Assembly (NCBI GenBank): GCA_963801355.1
Contig: CAWDEM010000008.1
Location: 992,001-1,056,000 of the forward strand
Direction: 5' to 3'
DNA length: 64,000 nucleotides
Source: Ignavibacteriota bacterium
Lineage (GTDB): Bacteria > Bacteroidota > Ignavibacteria > UBA10030 > UBA6906
Positions within the stretch are counted from its first letter, which is position 1, and every line of letters begins with the position of its first letter. The notes under the pieces are model-generated. The model had not been told where the DNA came from, ran no database searches, and saw only the letters and a program-made list of their open reading frames with translations. This document shows positions 19,348 to 28,652 of this stretch, one piece after another. A program made the translations under genes and the position numbers.

Positions 19348-21765
19348 TCAATGAATGATGACAAACTTGCCAGTCGCCGTTGTCCCCTTGTCGAGGTCTT
19401 CAACGACGTAGAAATAGACACCTGCCGCTATTCTCTGGCTGTTGCGTGAAATCTGGAACCACTCATGCGAATAGACGTTGGCCGAATGGTCGATCTCTCC
19501 GATAAGCTGACCGCTGTACGAGAAGACCCGGATCTTCGCCCGTTTTGGCAGTCCGTAGAAACCGATCTTGTCTTTGATATCGCCTTCCCTGGTCGATCCG
19601 CCGAAGTTGCTGCTGATGACCAGCGGATTCGGGGCCACGTACAGTTTGCCTCCGAGTTCGCTCACGGCACCCTTCTGCGTCGCGTGGTAGATCATGTTCG
19701 TCATCCCGCTCTTTCCGCCGAGCGAATCGACCGAAATGACGCAGTAGTAGTAATTCTCGCTCAGGATGCTTGCGCCGTCGCGGTAAACGTATTTGTTGGG
19801 ATAGGCAGGATCCACATTGAAAAACTTTGCGTCTCTGATCCTGACGCTGTCGAGCACGGTCCAGGGGCCAAGCCCGTCGGGCGATTTCATCACCAGATAG
19901 TGTTTCAGGCCCGCGCGTATCCGTCCGGTTGCCACGGCAGCCTGCACCGCCGGGAGGGTCCTGAAGTCTTCCACCTGCGGCCCCCATACCACTCTGTTCT
20001 TCGTGTCAACCCCATCCAGCACCTCGGCGAGGGGAGCCGGAAACGGGATGTAGCTGGTGCGGTACGATCCACTGGCGGCCGTGCTTTCCGGCTTGAACTG
20101 GACTCCATCGTACTTTGTCAGCGGCCTCCCGGTGTACATTTGGATTGCGCGGTCGGCGGCATCGCGCAGGGAGATGACCTTCGCCGCATCGGCCGACGAA
20201 ATCCCCTTTCCTGCCGACACGTACCAGGGCAGCTCGTGTGTCTGCAGATACTTGCTCCCCATCGTGGTGATCCCCGAGATGGCGGAGAGCCCCGGATAGG
20301 TCAGCTCATCGTACCAGCTCGGCACGGGATTGAAGAAGCCATTTGTCGAGGAGTTGGATCCGCCGCCATCTCTCCAGACACTGTCTTCGGCAACGCCCGG
20401 ACCATATCCCACGGCGTGCGCGATCGCGAACTTGAGGTGTTCGCCTTTCTTGAAGATGTACGGGCCGAATGACATGTAATGGAAAAAGGCGCCGGTGTAT
20501 CCGCTGGCGGAAGACGCGCGCGGCTTCATGCGCCCGTGCCAGTACTCGCGGAACGCGGTGTTGGCTGCCACGTCCACCATTGCACCGGGAAAGGGCTCGA
20601 TAGCGTACGGGGCATAGGCCTTCGACCAGTTGGCAGAATCAGGGGCGGAAGACCCCGTACTCACGCTGTTGATTGCCCCGGGATTGTGCACGGTAATGTC
20701 CAACCCGAGAGCGATCGTCCTGGCCATTTCCTGGTTGCGGTTGCCGTTTGTCTCGGTCGTGTAAGGTTGCTTAAATTTCCCGTTGGCATCCCACACGCGC
20801 GCGCTGTCATTGACGGTATACGTTGTCTGACTTCTTGGCTGGAGATGTTCGTAGTCATAGTGGAGCGGCAACACGCCGATGGCCTGCGGAGAATTCAGGC
20901 CTCCGCGGTTTCCCGGTGTTGACCATTCGTTGAAATACGATGTCCCGGCGCTGTTCGACGGATCCTCCGGGAATCCGTCGCGGGGATGCACATAGGTCAT
21001 CAGGCGGGAGTAGTTGTACCGCGCATACTCCTCCCGGCTGCGGCTGGTCGTGGAGGATTCATTCCACACGCCGTACTTTCGCATGAGTCCAAACGCCGAC
21101 GGGGAGAAAGCGTTCTGCGACATGACAAACCCGTCGGTATAGTCCATGGCGTCGTTGTTGACGATGTCGTACTCGTAGATGATGAACGCGTCGTATCCCG
21201 GATAGCTCCAGGCACGGCTCGTTTGTGTGACCTCAATGTTCATGGGAGGGGTGGTCCGGTACTTCGACACAATGATCTCCTCCGCTTCATCGGGATTCCA
21301 GGCGGGATTGAGCGAGCCGTCTGCACGCACCGGGTAGTTCTCCGTGCGCGTGATTTCTCCGGGGAGCACATACACCCCGGCGATAGCGGTGGCATTGCCC
21401 GAGCCGTCGGTGACACCGCCGCATGCCCGGAACTGGTAGGTGTCACCAACTTTGGCTCTCAGGACGAGGCCGGATCCCTGGCCGTTATGCTGGCCGAAAT
21501 AGATCTTCCCGTCGAGGGTCATCCTTGAGTTTGGCGGCCACTCCAGAGCGGAGGTCTGCTCGGCGATACCGACGGTGGAAGAGTTCGACCCTTCGAGGGC
21601 CCTTCCCAGTTCGCCGGTATTATAAATCGTCTGGCGGAGCATGCTGCGCGTATGTGTTTCGAACGCGCGCTGCTGTTGCGACAGCACCACAGTAGAGATC
21701 AGGACCGCCGCGAGACTGACATGTGCGATGAGTTTCATCGTGAGATTCCTGCGATGCGTGTACAT
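19348..21765 (-). CDS. Large exported protein with atypical T9SS-like C-terminal domain
   Basis: Signal peptide; C-terminus VAPNP...IGFYGLP...IRVFSYSGQLI...AAGVYFYVVED...GKFVIIH; no recognisable catalytic motif (start could be 21738). Confidence 0.75.
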   Translation of the reverse strand: MYTHRRNLTMKLIAHVSLAAVLISTVVLSQQQRAFETHTRSMLRQTIYNTGELGRALEGSNSSTVGIAEQTSALEWPPNSRMTLDGKIYFGQHNGQGSGLVLRAKVGDTYQFRACGGVTDGSGNATAIAGVYVLPGEITRTENYPVRADGSLNPAWNPDEAEEIIVSKYRTTPPMNIEVTQTSRAWSYPGYDAFIIYEYDIVNNDAMDYTDGFVMSQNAFSPSAFGLMRKYGVWNESSTTSRSREEYARYNYSRLMTYVHPRDGFPEDPSNSAGTSYFNEWSTPGNRGGLNSPQAIGVLPLHYDYEHLQPRSQTTYTVNDSARVWDANGKFKQPYTTETNGNRNQEMARTIALGLDITVHNPGAINSVSTGSSAPDSANWSKAYAPYAIEPFPGAMVDVAANTAFREYWHGRMKPRASSASGYTGAFFHYMSFGPYIFKKGEHLKFAIAHAVGYGPGVAEDSVWRDGGGSNSSTNGFFNPVPSWYDELTYPGLSAISGITTMGSKYLQTHELPWYVSAGKGISSADAAKVISLRDAADRAIQMYTGRPLTKYDGVQFKPESTAASGSYRTSYIPFPAPLAEVLDGVDTKNRVVWGPQVEDFRTLPAVQAAVATGRIRAGLKHYLVMKSPDGLGPWTVLDSVRIRDAKFFNVDPAYPNKYVYRDGASILSENYYYCVISVDSLGGKSGMTNMIYHATQKGAVSELGGKLYVAPNPLVISSNFGGSTREGDIKDKIGFYGLPKRAKIRVFSYSGQLIGEIDHSANVYSHEWFQISRNSQRIAAGVYFYVVEDLDKGTTATGKFVIIH

Positions 21766-21768
21766 AGG

Positions 21769-24690
21769 TTAGAAATCGATGGCGATCCCGAAATAGTATG
21801 ACCGCGGCGCGTTCTCATACAGTACGAACTCATGATTCACACCGTATGCACTGCCAATATTCTGGTCATCCCAGTAGAGCACACCGTGCGCCGGATCATC
21901 CCACGCGAAGTTCTCGTAATTCGCCAGATTTGCGTTCTGATCGATCTTGTTCGCGGTGTTGAACAGATAGTTGTAGTTGTAGATTCTGTCGTTAAAGAGA
22001 TTGAAGACCTCCATGTAGACCGTCGCTGTTGTGCCGAAGAACTTGGGGATCTGCTTGGAGATTCTCAGATTCGTATTCCACTCCGACGGAGTGCGGCGGC
22101 CGTTCACGTCGTTGGCGTTGCTGCTCGGGGTGTATGGGCGACCGCTCCGGATGAACGAGTTCACCGATGCGGTCATCCGTTCGAAGGGGTAGATGCCGAG
22201 CACTTCCGGACCGAATTCCTCCGGCGACATGTACGCCAGATTGATGATGAGATTGTGCGTCCGGTCGAAATTCAGGAGAACGTCCTTGATCGGCACTTTG
22301 GTCACGATATCCGTCGACACGGCGCCGGTGAGGTCTTTGGTGATTGCTACGGGGGCATTGGATGCCGAAGCGCTCTTTCCGGTGGCGACACTGAACTGGT
22401 AATTGACCGAGCCCGTGAAGGCGCCCCGCCGTTTCGCCAGCGCTATCCGGAATCCGCGTACGTCGGCATAGTCCCTGTTGAAATAGGAGAAATAGCTCGT
22501 TCCGGTCGACAGGTTTGTGAAGACCGCCTGCTCGATCAGGTCCTTGATGTCCTTATAGTAGCCGCTCACATCCAGCGTAACCCCTTCGGTGATCCCCTGC
22601 ATGACACCGACATCGTAGCTGTTGGTCACCTGCGGATGGAGGCGCGGATTCCCGAGGCTGTACACCGTGGCGGACGTCGGAGGGGGAGGATATTTTTCCG
22701 TCGAGCCGATTACATACTGGAACGAAGGCCGCTGCATGAATGAGCCGTAATTCAGATGGAACACCGTCGATGTCGACACCGGGAAAGACACACCGACGCG
22801 GGGCTGCAGGCGGCCGATCGGCTTACTCTTCTCCCGGGGGGCGCTGCCCGCATCAAACTGCAGTGTGGGGTTTCCGGCCTCGTCGCGCAGCAGGAAGGGG
22901 TCGAACTGGTCGATGTAGTATTCATTGTTCGAGTGCCAGAGATCCCAGCGCAGCCCGACGTTGGCAATCATCCCCTCGAACTCCATCTTGTCCTGTATGT
23001 ACGCTCCCAGCTCCATGGGGTACGCAGTGAACTGCTTCTGGGTGATACTGCCTTTGGAAGCGATGTTGCCGATATTATTCACGTCCAGGGAGTACAGGCT
23101 CCCCTGCAACCCGCCGTTGATCAGATGCGAGCGGGTGACCTGGCTCGTGAAGTTGGCATCCAGGGAGAGGGTTGTGGTCTTCTCGTCCGTGAAGTTGCTC
23201 AGGTTGTTGGCAAGGTAGAAATAGGTCTTGCCCGTCATGGCCTGATAGTACATGAAGTTCATCGTGCGGGTGATGATCGCCGTGCCCGTCTCCATGTTCC
23301 GCACCTGATCGGTGATGGTGTTGTACCACGGCGATGTCCCGACCCGGTTGTTGGTACGCAGGGCATTGAGCTTGACCTCGTAGAAGCTTTGCTGGCTCAG
23401 CATCTTGGTGAATCGCGCGCCGAGCTGAAGATTGGTGTTCTTCCGGTACGAAATGCCCAGGATCCGGTCCCAGATCCACTGGTAGAATCCCGTGCCCGTG
23501 CCGAGGATATTCCTGCCCTCGTACTGGTAGCCGGAGCTCAGTCGCAGGGCGCTGCTTGCACCCATGTCAAACACCACGTTCCCCATCACCTGTAACTTTT
23601 TGTCCGGCTCTTCCGTGGGGACGAGCGAATTCGTGATCTCCGACCGCCCCGCGAGGAACATCGTCACTCCTTCTTCCAGCGGACCGCCCAGGGCGCCTTC
23701 GACAGAGTAGTCGATCTGATTTTTCCAGTACTTCTTGTTCATGTCCTTCTGGGTCGCCAGCCCATAAATCGTCTGTGCCACCTGAATTGCCACGGCCGTG
23801 TCGCCTCCGAAGTCGGAATAGGTCCATCCCATGATGGGCTGGTTTCCGGTGGAAGCATCGCCGGTGAACCACCAGGCCGGATCGGCGAGTTTCTGCATGT
23901 ACGGGTTGGCGCTCTGGTCGTACACGCTCGGGCCGAAGTATTTCAGGCCGGGGGCCCGGATTCGTGATTCGAGGCGTCCCCGCCATTTGTCGGCCTTCCC
24001 CTCCTTCATGCTGATATTCACAACTCCCGATTGGGCATTGCCGTATTGCGCACCGAACCCGCTCGTGACCACCTCCACCTCTTCCACGGCACTCATGATC
24101 GGCCGGAATGCGGCACTGGCATCCAGGGGATTCACGATGCCCATGCCCTGCAGGGTGTAGTACTCCTCGTTCTCGCGGCCGCCGCGGAAGTGTCCGTCCG
24201 TGATGTCGGCCGCCAGCCCGATCACGTCGTTCACATCGCGCATGCCTGCCAGCCCCGCGACGTCATCCGAGCGCAGGATGACACTGGTGGAGGTTTTCTC
24301 TCGCTCCACATCCGGGCGGACAGCCTCTACGATGACGGCATCCTGCTCGATTGCAGTCGCCCTCAGCTGGAAATCCACAGCGGTCGTTCGGCCCGAGTTC
24401 ACGATCGTGCCCCGTTCGATCACCCGCTGGTAGCCGACCATCGAGGCCTGAACATCATAGCGTCCTACGGGGATGTTCAGGATGAAGTACGAGCCTTCGA
24501 TGTCGGTGGTCCCGCCCAGTTTGGTCCCGATGACCGAAATGTTTGCGCCCACCAGGGGTTCTCCGGTTTGCTGATCCTTGATGACGCCGGATATCTTCCC
24601 CGGTGTCTGTGCTGACGCAACAGACATGGCCAGCACCAGCACGGCAAGGGCGCACAGGGCGAGGCCGGACATGGAGAGTCCATTTTTCAT
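21769..24690 (-). CDS. TonB-dependent receptor with N-terminal carboxypeptidase-regulatory-like domain
   Basis: GKISG.IKD..TGEPL.GANI, HFRGGR.NE, SGF.AQYGNAQSGVVN plug, AYIQDKMEF, QPRVGVSFPV, GNP.L.P, C-terminal F; AGGAG RBS. Confidence 0.93.
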   Translation of the reverse strand: MKNGLSMSGLALCALAVLVLAMSVASAQTPGKISGVIKDQQTGEPLVGANISVIGTKLGGTTDIEGSYFILNIPVGRYDVQASMVGYQRVIERGTIVNSGRTTAVDFQLRATAIEQDAVIVEAVRPDVEREKTSTSVILRSDDVAGLAGMRDVNDVIGLAADITDGHFRGGRENEEYYTLQGMGIVNPLDASAAFRPIMSAVEEVEVVTSGFGAQYGNAQSGVVNISMKEGKADKWRGRLESRIRAPGLKYFGPSVYDQSANPYMQKLADPAWWFTGDASTGNQPIMGWTYSDFGGDTAVAIQVAQTIYGLATQKDMNKKYWKNQIDYSVEGALGGPLEEGVTMFLAGRSEITNSLVPTEEPDKKLQVMGNVVFDMGASSALRLSSGYQYEGRNILGTGTGFYQWIWDRILGISYRKNTNLQLGARFTKMLSQQSFYEVKLNALRTNNRVGTSPWYNTITDQVRNMETGTAIITRTMNFMYYQAMTGKTYFYLANNLSNFTDEKTTTLSLDANFTSQVTRSHLINGGLQGSLYSLDVNNIGNIASKGSITQKQFTAYPMELGAYIQDKMEFEGMIANVGLRWDLWHSNNEYYIDQFDPFLLRDEAGNPTLQFDAGSAPREKSKPIGRLQPRVGVSFPVSTSTVFHLNYGSFMQRPSFQYVIGSTEKYPPPPTSATVYSLGNPRLHPQVTNSYDVGVMQGITEGVTLDVSGYYKDIKDLIEQAVFTNLSTGTSYFSYFNRDYADVRGFRIALAKRRGAFTGSVNYQFSVATGKSASASNAPVAITKDLTGAVSTDIVTKVPIKDVLLNFDRTHNLIINLAYMSPEEFGPEVLGIYPFERMTASVNSFIRSGRPYTPSSNANDVNGRRTPSEWNTNLRISKQIPKFFGTTATVYMEVFNLFNDRIYNYNYLFNTANKIDQNANLANYENFAWDDPAHGVLYWDDQNIGSAYGVNHEFVLYENAPRSYYFGIAIDF

Positions 24691-24758
24691 TTGAGCTCCT
24701 TGGCACATAGGACAGATAACGATTCCTTCATGGCAACAGAGACAGAGAACGGCGGAGG

Positions 24759-26175
24759 TTACTTCTTCTGTGACGCATAGGTCAACTTCACATTGATCAA
24801 ACTCAAGTCTTTGACGTTGTCGAGTACATTAGGCTCTTCGACGTTGTTCGAATGTACAGTTGCGCACAGAGATGTTCGTCGCGGGAGAACGTTCGTACGC
24901 TTTGATCCAGATGCCGAACTTGCTCTTGTTGCAGGTGACATCCTGCACATCGATATTCCGCACGATCGGCGTGAACGCTCCGGTATCCCCCTCTTCGTAA
25001 TAGAAGTCAACCTTGATGACCGCCTCGGCGACCTGTCCGACCTGTACATTCCGCATGAAGATGTTTTCCAGCACTCCTCCGCGAAGGGCGTTGGTCTTGA
25101 TGCGCAGGGCACGGTCCAGGCGCGGGCTGTCCATAGTACACCGTTCTGCAAACACGTTGCGCACTCCGCCGCTGATTTCGCTCCCCAGCACCACCCCGCC
25201 ATGACCCTCGATCATGCGGCAATCGCGGATGACCACGTTTTGTGTCGGCACGTTGACACGCCTGCCATCGGCATTCCGGCCTGACTTGATGGCGATGCAA
25301 TCGTCTCCGGTATTGAACGTGCAGTTTTCTATCAGGACATCGGTGCAGGATTCGGGGTCGCAGCCGTCGTTGTTGGGTCCGAGTCCCTCCGCGGTGACGC
25401 CGACGATCGAGACGTTACGGGAGAGCACGGGATGGAGGAACCACATGGGGGAGTCCTTGAAGGTCACCCCCTGTACCAGGACATTTTTGCACCGGTAGAC
25501 CTGGAAGAAATTCGGCCGGAGATAGGCGCCTTCCCCCATGAGGCGCTCGCGCACGGGCACATTTCTGTCAGCCATGTCGAGGAGTTTTTTCCGTGCCGCG
25601 TTCTGGTTCTCCACCGCTTTCTGGTTGCCCCCCGCTTTCTTCCCGTCACGGGTTGTATTCCCCTTCCAGAACCACCAGTTCTCCGGGCTTCCCTGTCCGT
25701 CCAGAATTCCGTCGCCGGTGACGGCAATATTCTCCTGCTCGAATGCGTAGATGAGGGCCGAGTAGTTCATGCATTCCACCCCCTCCCACCGTGTGTAGAC
25801 CAGGGGGAGGTATTTCCGGGGATCCGTGCTGAAACGAAGTACGGCGCCTTTCAACAGATGGAAATTCACGTTGCTTTTGAGATGGATGGCACCGGTGAGG
25901 TACACGCCTGCAGGGACAACGACGCGACCGCCCCCGGCTGCATGGCAGGCATCGATTGCGCGCGCAAAGGCCCCCGTGCAATCAGTGTTGCCATCTCCCA
26001 CGGCATTGTAGTCGCCCACAAGGAAATCCGTGCCCGGAAACGAGGGTGGGACGATCTGTTTCAGGATTTCGGGCAACTGATCCCAACCGATTGGGGTCGT
26101 GGAGGGGGGCTGGGCGCAGGAGGCCTGTACGAAAATAGCGATGCACGGCAGCAGGTAGCGAAGTTTCATGGTCAA
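24759..26175 (-). CDS. Glycoside hydrolase family 28 (polygalacturonase-like); apparent single-base frameshift near 24850
   Basis: GGGRVVVP.G.YLTGAI.LKS, PNNDG.DPES, GDDCIAIKSG, GHGG...GSE, RIKT; natural C-terminus continues in another frame to 24759. Confidence 0.92.
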
Positions 26176-26352
26176 CGGTGCCGGTTGAAGTTGATAGAAG
26201 AGTGATGAAAAAGAACAGGGCGAGATGAATCAGTATCGCGGACGCCGATGACTGCGTCCAGGACTATGCTTTTCTAATAACTACCTCGGGGCGGGAGTAT
26301 TGAGGGACCTCCCTTTAAGCGTGTCCTTTAGCGATTACTTTGGGGTATTTTC

Positions 26353-26381
26353 AAGATATTGAATACTTGCAGACTTGTCAA
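26353..26381 (-). promoter_or_regulatory. Sigma70-type promoter upstream of GH28-TBDR operon
   Basis: Minus strand TTGACA-N17-TATCTT. Confidence 0.65.
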
Positions 26382-26535
26382 GGACTTTTTCTCCTGAGAG
26401 CTTTCCCTTGTCAAGTCTATCCTTTACCAAGGGCTTTCCCTTCCGAGGGCTCTCCTTCTCACGCAGTTTTCCTTCCGCCGCCTGAACGAACGATTCCCGG
26501 CCCTTTGCAGACCACCGGCAGGAGTTATAGCTTTT

Positions 26536-27537
26536 TCACTGCGAAGGATGGAGGTTCGTCACGAAACCCATCTCTCCAAGCCACGCTTCACAGATCAAAG
26601 TCCAGAGACCGGCCGAGCCTGGGTTGTTTCGCAGAGCAATTTTGTGCTCCCCATAGGGGAATACGTGCAAACTTGCAGAGACACCCTTTTCCACGAGTGC
26701 CTGCTGGAAGAGCAGGCTGTTTTGTAGCGGAACGACATTGTCGTTCACCGCGTGCACGAGAAACGCCGGCGGGGTCGTGCTGGTCACCTGCGTCTCGTTC
26801 GAATACTTTTCGACAAGAGCGGGTGAAGCTTCCGGGCCGAGGAGGTTGCTGCGAGAACCAACGTGCGCAAAAGATCCCAGATTGATGACCGGAGAGATGA
26901 GTATCATGAAATCAGGCCGGAAGGAGACCCTATCGAGGGAATCGCCTATGGAGGCAACATCTTCTCCGTGTGTCCCGACTGTCGATGCAAGATGCCCTCC
27001 CGCGGAAGTTCCCATCACACCGATCCTGTCGTGCCTGATCCCCCACTGCGCGCTGTGCGCCCGTACGATTCGAATCGCCCGCTGCGCGTCCTGAAGAGGG
27101 GCAATCTGCCGCTCCACGAGGTCGGGGGACGTAGGGAGACGGTAGATCAACACAAACGCCGTCACGCCGAAGGTATTGAACCACTTCGCAAGTTGCAGTC
27201 CGGCACTCTCGTAGGCAAGTCGCTCGTATCCTCCGCCGGGGCAGATGACAACCGCGGCTCCTTTGTTTTCCGCGGCAGGCGGGAAGAACGCCAGCAGCCG
27301 TGGCACGCCAACCTGCGTGATACGATGATCGACGATCACTTCTTCAACAATGATTCCCCTGGAGTTCGGCATTTTCTTTTCCGGCCAGAGGCGGATAGTT
27401 TCTTGGGCGCCTGCAGTCTGGATAAGGCTCAACCCGATGACAATCAGCAAGCTGATGTGGAGGATCCCGGGGCGAGCAGCGAGAAGAACCGATAGTATCC
27501 GTGCGCACAGTGGGTGGGCGAATGTTCGCATGGTCAT
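26536..27537 (-). CDS. Alpha/beta hydrolase (carbohydrate esterase-like)
   Basis: VICPGGGY, YRLP, LQDAQRAIR, GTSAGGHL nucleophile elbow, TPPAFL..A.ND..V, HKI; start trimmed from the overlong ORF. Confidence 0.88.
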   Translation of the reverse strand: MTMRTFAHPLCARILSVLLAARPGILHISLLIVIGLSLIQTAGAQETIRLWPEKKMPNSRGIIVEEVIVDHRITQVGVPRLLAFFPPAAENKGAAVVICPGGGYERLAYESAGLQLAKWFNTFGVTAFVLIYRLPTSPDLVERQIAPLQDAQRAIRIVRAHSAQWGIRHDRIGVMGTSAGGHLASTVGTHGEDVASIGDSLDRVSFRPDFMILISPVINLGSFAHVGSRSNLLGPEASPALVEKYSNETQVTSTTPPAFLVHAVNDNVVPLQNSLLFQQALVEKGVSASLHVFPYGEHKIALRNNPGSAGLWTLICEAWLGEMGFVTNLHPSQ

Positions 27538-27686
27538 GTGCGTGTTTGTTTGAAAGAGGTGTTCATTATGTGGTGTTGCCGGTGACCGGGAGCCTTCCAT
27601 CAATTTCCCGCTTCGAAGTTTAGGAGGAGATGCTATGCCGTAACCGGCGTCATCCTTATGTACATTCAGAATCCAGATGGCAGCGT

Positions 27687-28652
27687 TCACTTTGCTGGCC
27701 GGACTGGTTTCCATCCATCCGAACCTGCAAGCACAGTCTGTGGAGTGATCTTCTCTGCTTCTTCCTTGCTCAGCTGGCGTGACCAGGGCACGCGCGTTGA
27801 CGGGCTGGCTCCCGGACCGTAGTTCTTGTACTCCAGGTACCGGGCGGTCAATTCGGCTTCGGGCTTGCTCCAGTTGTGCCATCCCTCCGGCAGGATATGC
27901 TTGCCCAGATCGCAGCGGATGAATGCAGTATATGCATAGAGCCGCCACGGACGGCCAAGGTAGACTTTCGTGGTCTCCGAGTCGGCCAAAAGTTTACAGT
28001 CCAGGAAAACAAACCCGAACTTCTGGGCTGCCGGTGTTGAGGCGGCCGTGATGTACGAATTCTTCTTGCACATGATCGTACAGCGCTCGAACACCGCTGT
28101 GCTCGGGCCGAAGATGAAATCGGTTGTTCCTTCGATATAGCAGTCAGTAAAATACTGCCGGCAGTATTCTCCGGCACCCAGGAGCGTGTCCTGGTTGCCA
28201 ATGAACCTGCAGTTCCGGAATACGCACCGGTCCCCTTCCACATGCATCGCCACCGCCTGTCCAACGCGGCCCGCGGAGTTGATGAACGTAATGTTCTCGA
28301 CGGTGATGTCGGTTCCTGAGATGCGGCAGGTATGCGAAGTAAATGTGCCGTGCTTCCGCCCGCTGGTGTCGAGCTTGCCCGAATAGTCGTTGTATGTTAC
28401 AATCGTGCTGTCCACAGACTCGCCCATCAGGGTGATGCGTCGTTTCCAGGAAGGGATTATCAGCTTCTCCTCGTAGATGCCATTCTTCACGAATATCGTG
28501 TAGTCCCGTTCGGAATAATCGCGGCAGGCGGTTACAGCATCCTGAATTGTTGTGAAATTCCCGCTGCCATCCTTCGCAACCACGAAATCGTACGCGGGAT
28601 CAGTGACTCCGCCTGATGCGCTCGCACAGGTCAGGACAAGAAGTCCAATCAC
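27687..28652 (-). CDS. Pectin methylesterase (CE8)
   Basis: VAKDGSGNF.TIQ, G.YEEK, GQAVA, GNQDTL, IEGTTDFIFG, YLGRPWR; true ATG probably ~28676 behind a frameshift. Confidence 0.93.
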   Translation of the reverse strand: MIGLLVLTCASASGGVTDPAYDFVVAKDGSGNFTTIQDAVTACRDYSERDYTIFVKNGIYEEKLIIPSWKRRITLMGESVDSTIVTYNDYSGKLDTSGRKHGTFTSHTCRISGTDITVENITFINSAGRVGQAVAMHVEGDRCVFRNCRFIGNQDTLLGAGEYCRQYFTDCYIEGTTDFIFGPSTAVFERCTIMCKKNSYITAASTPAAQKFGFVFLDCKLLADSETTKVYLGRPWRLYAYTAFIRCDLGKHILPEGWHNWSKPEAELTARYLEYKNYGPGASPSTRVPWSRQLSKEEAEKITPQTVLAGSDGWKPVRPAK

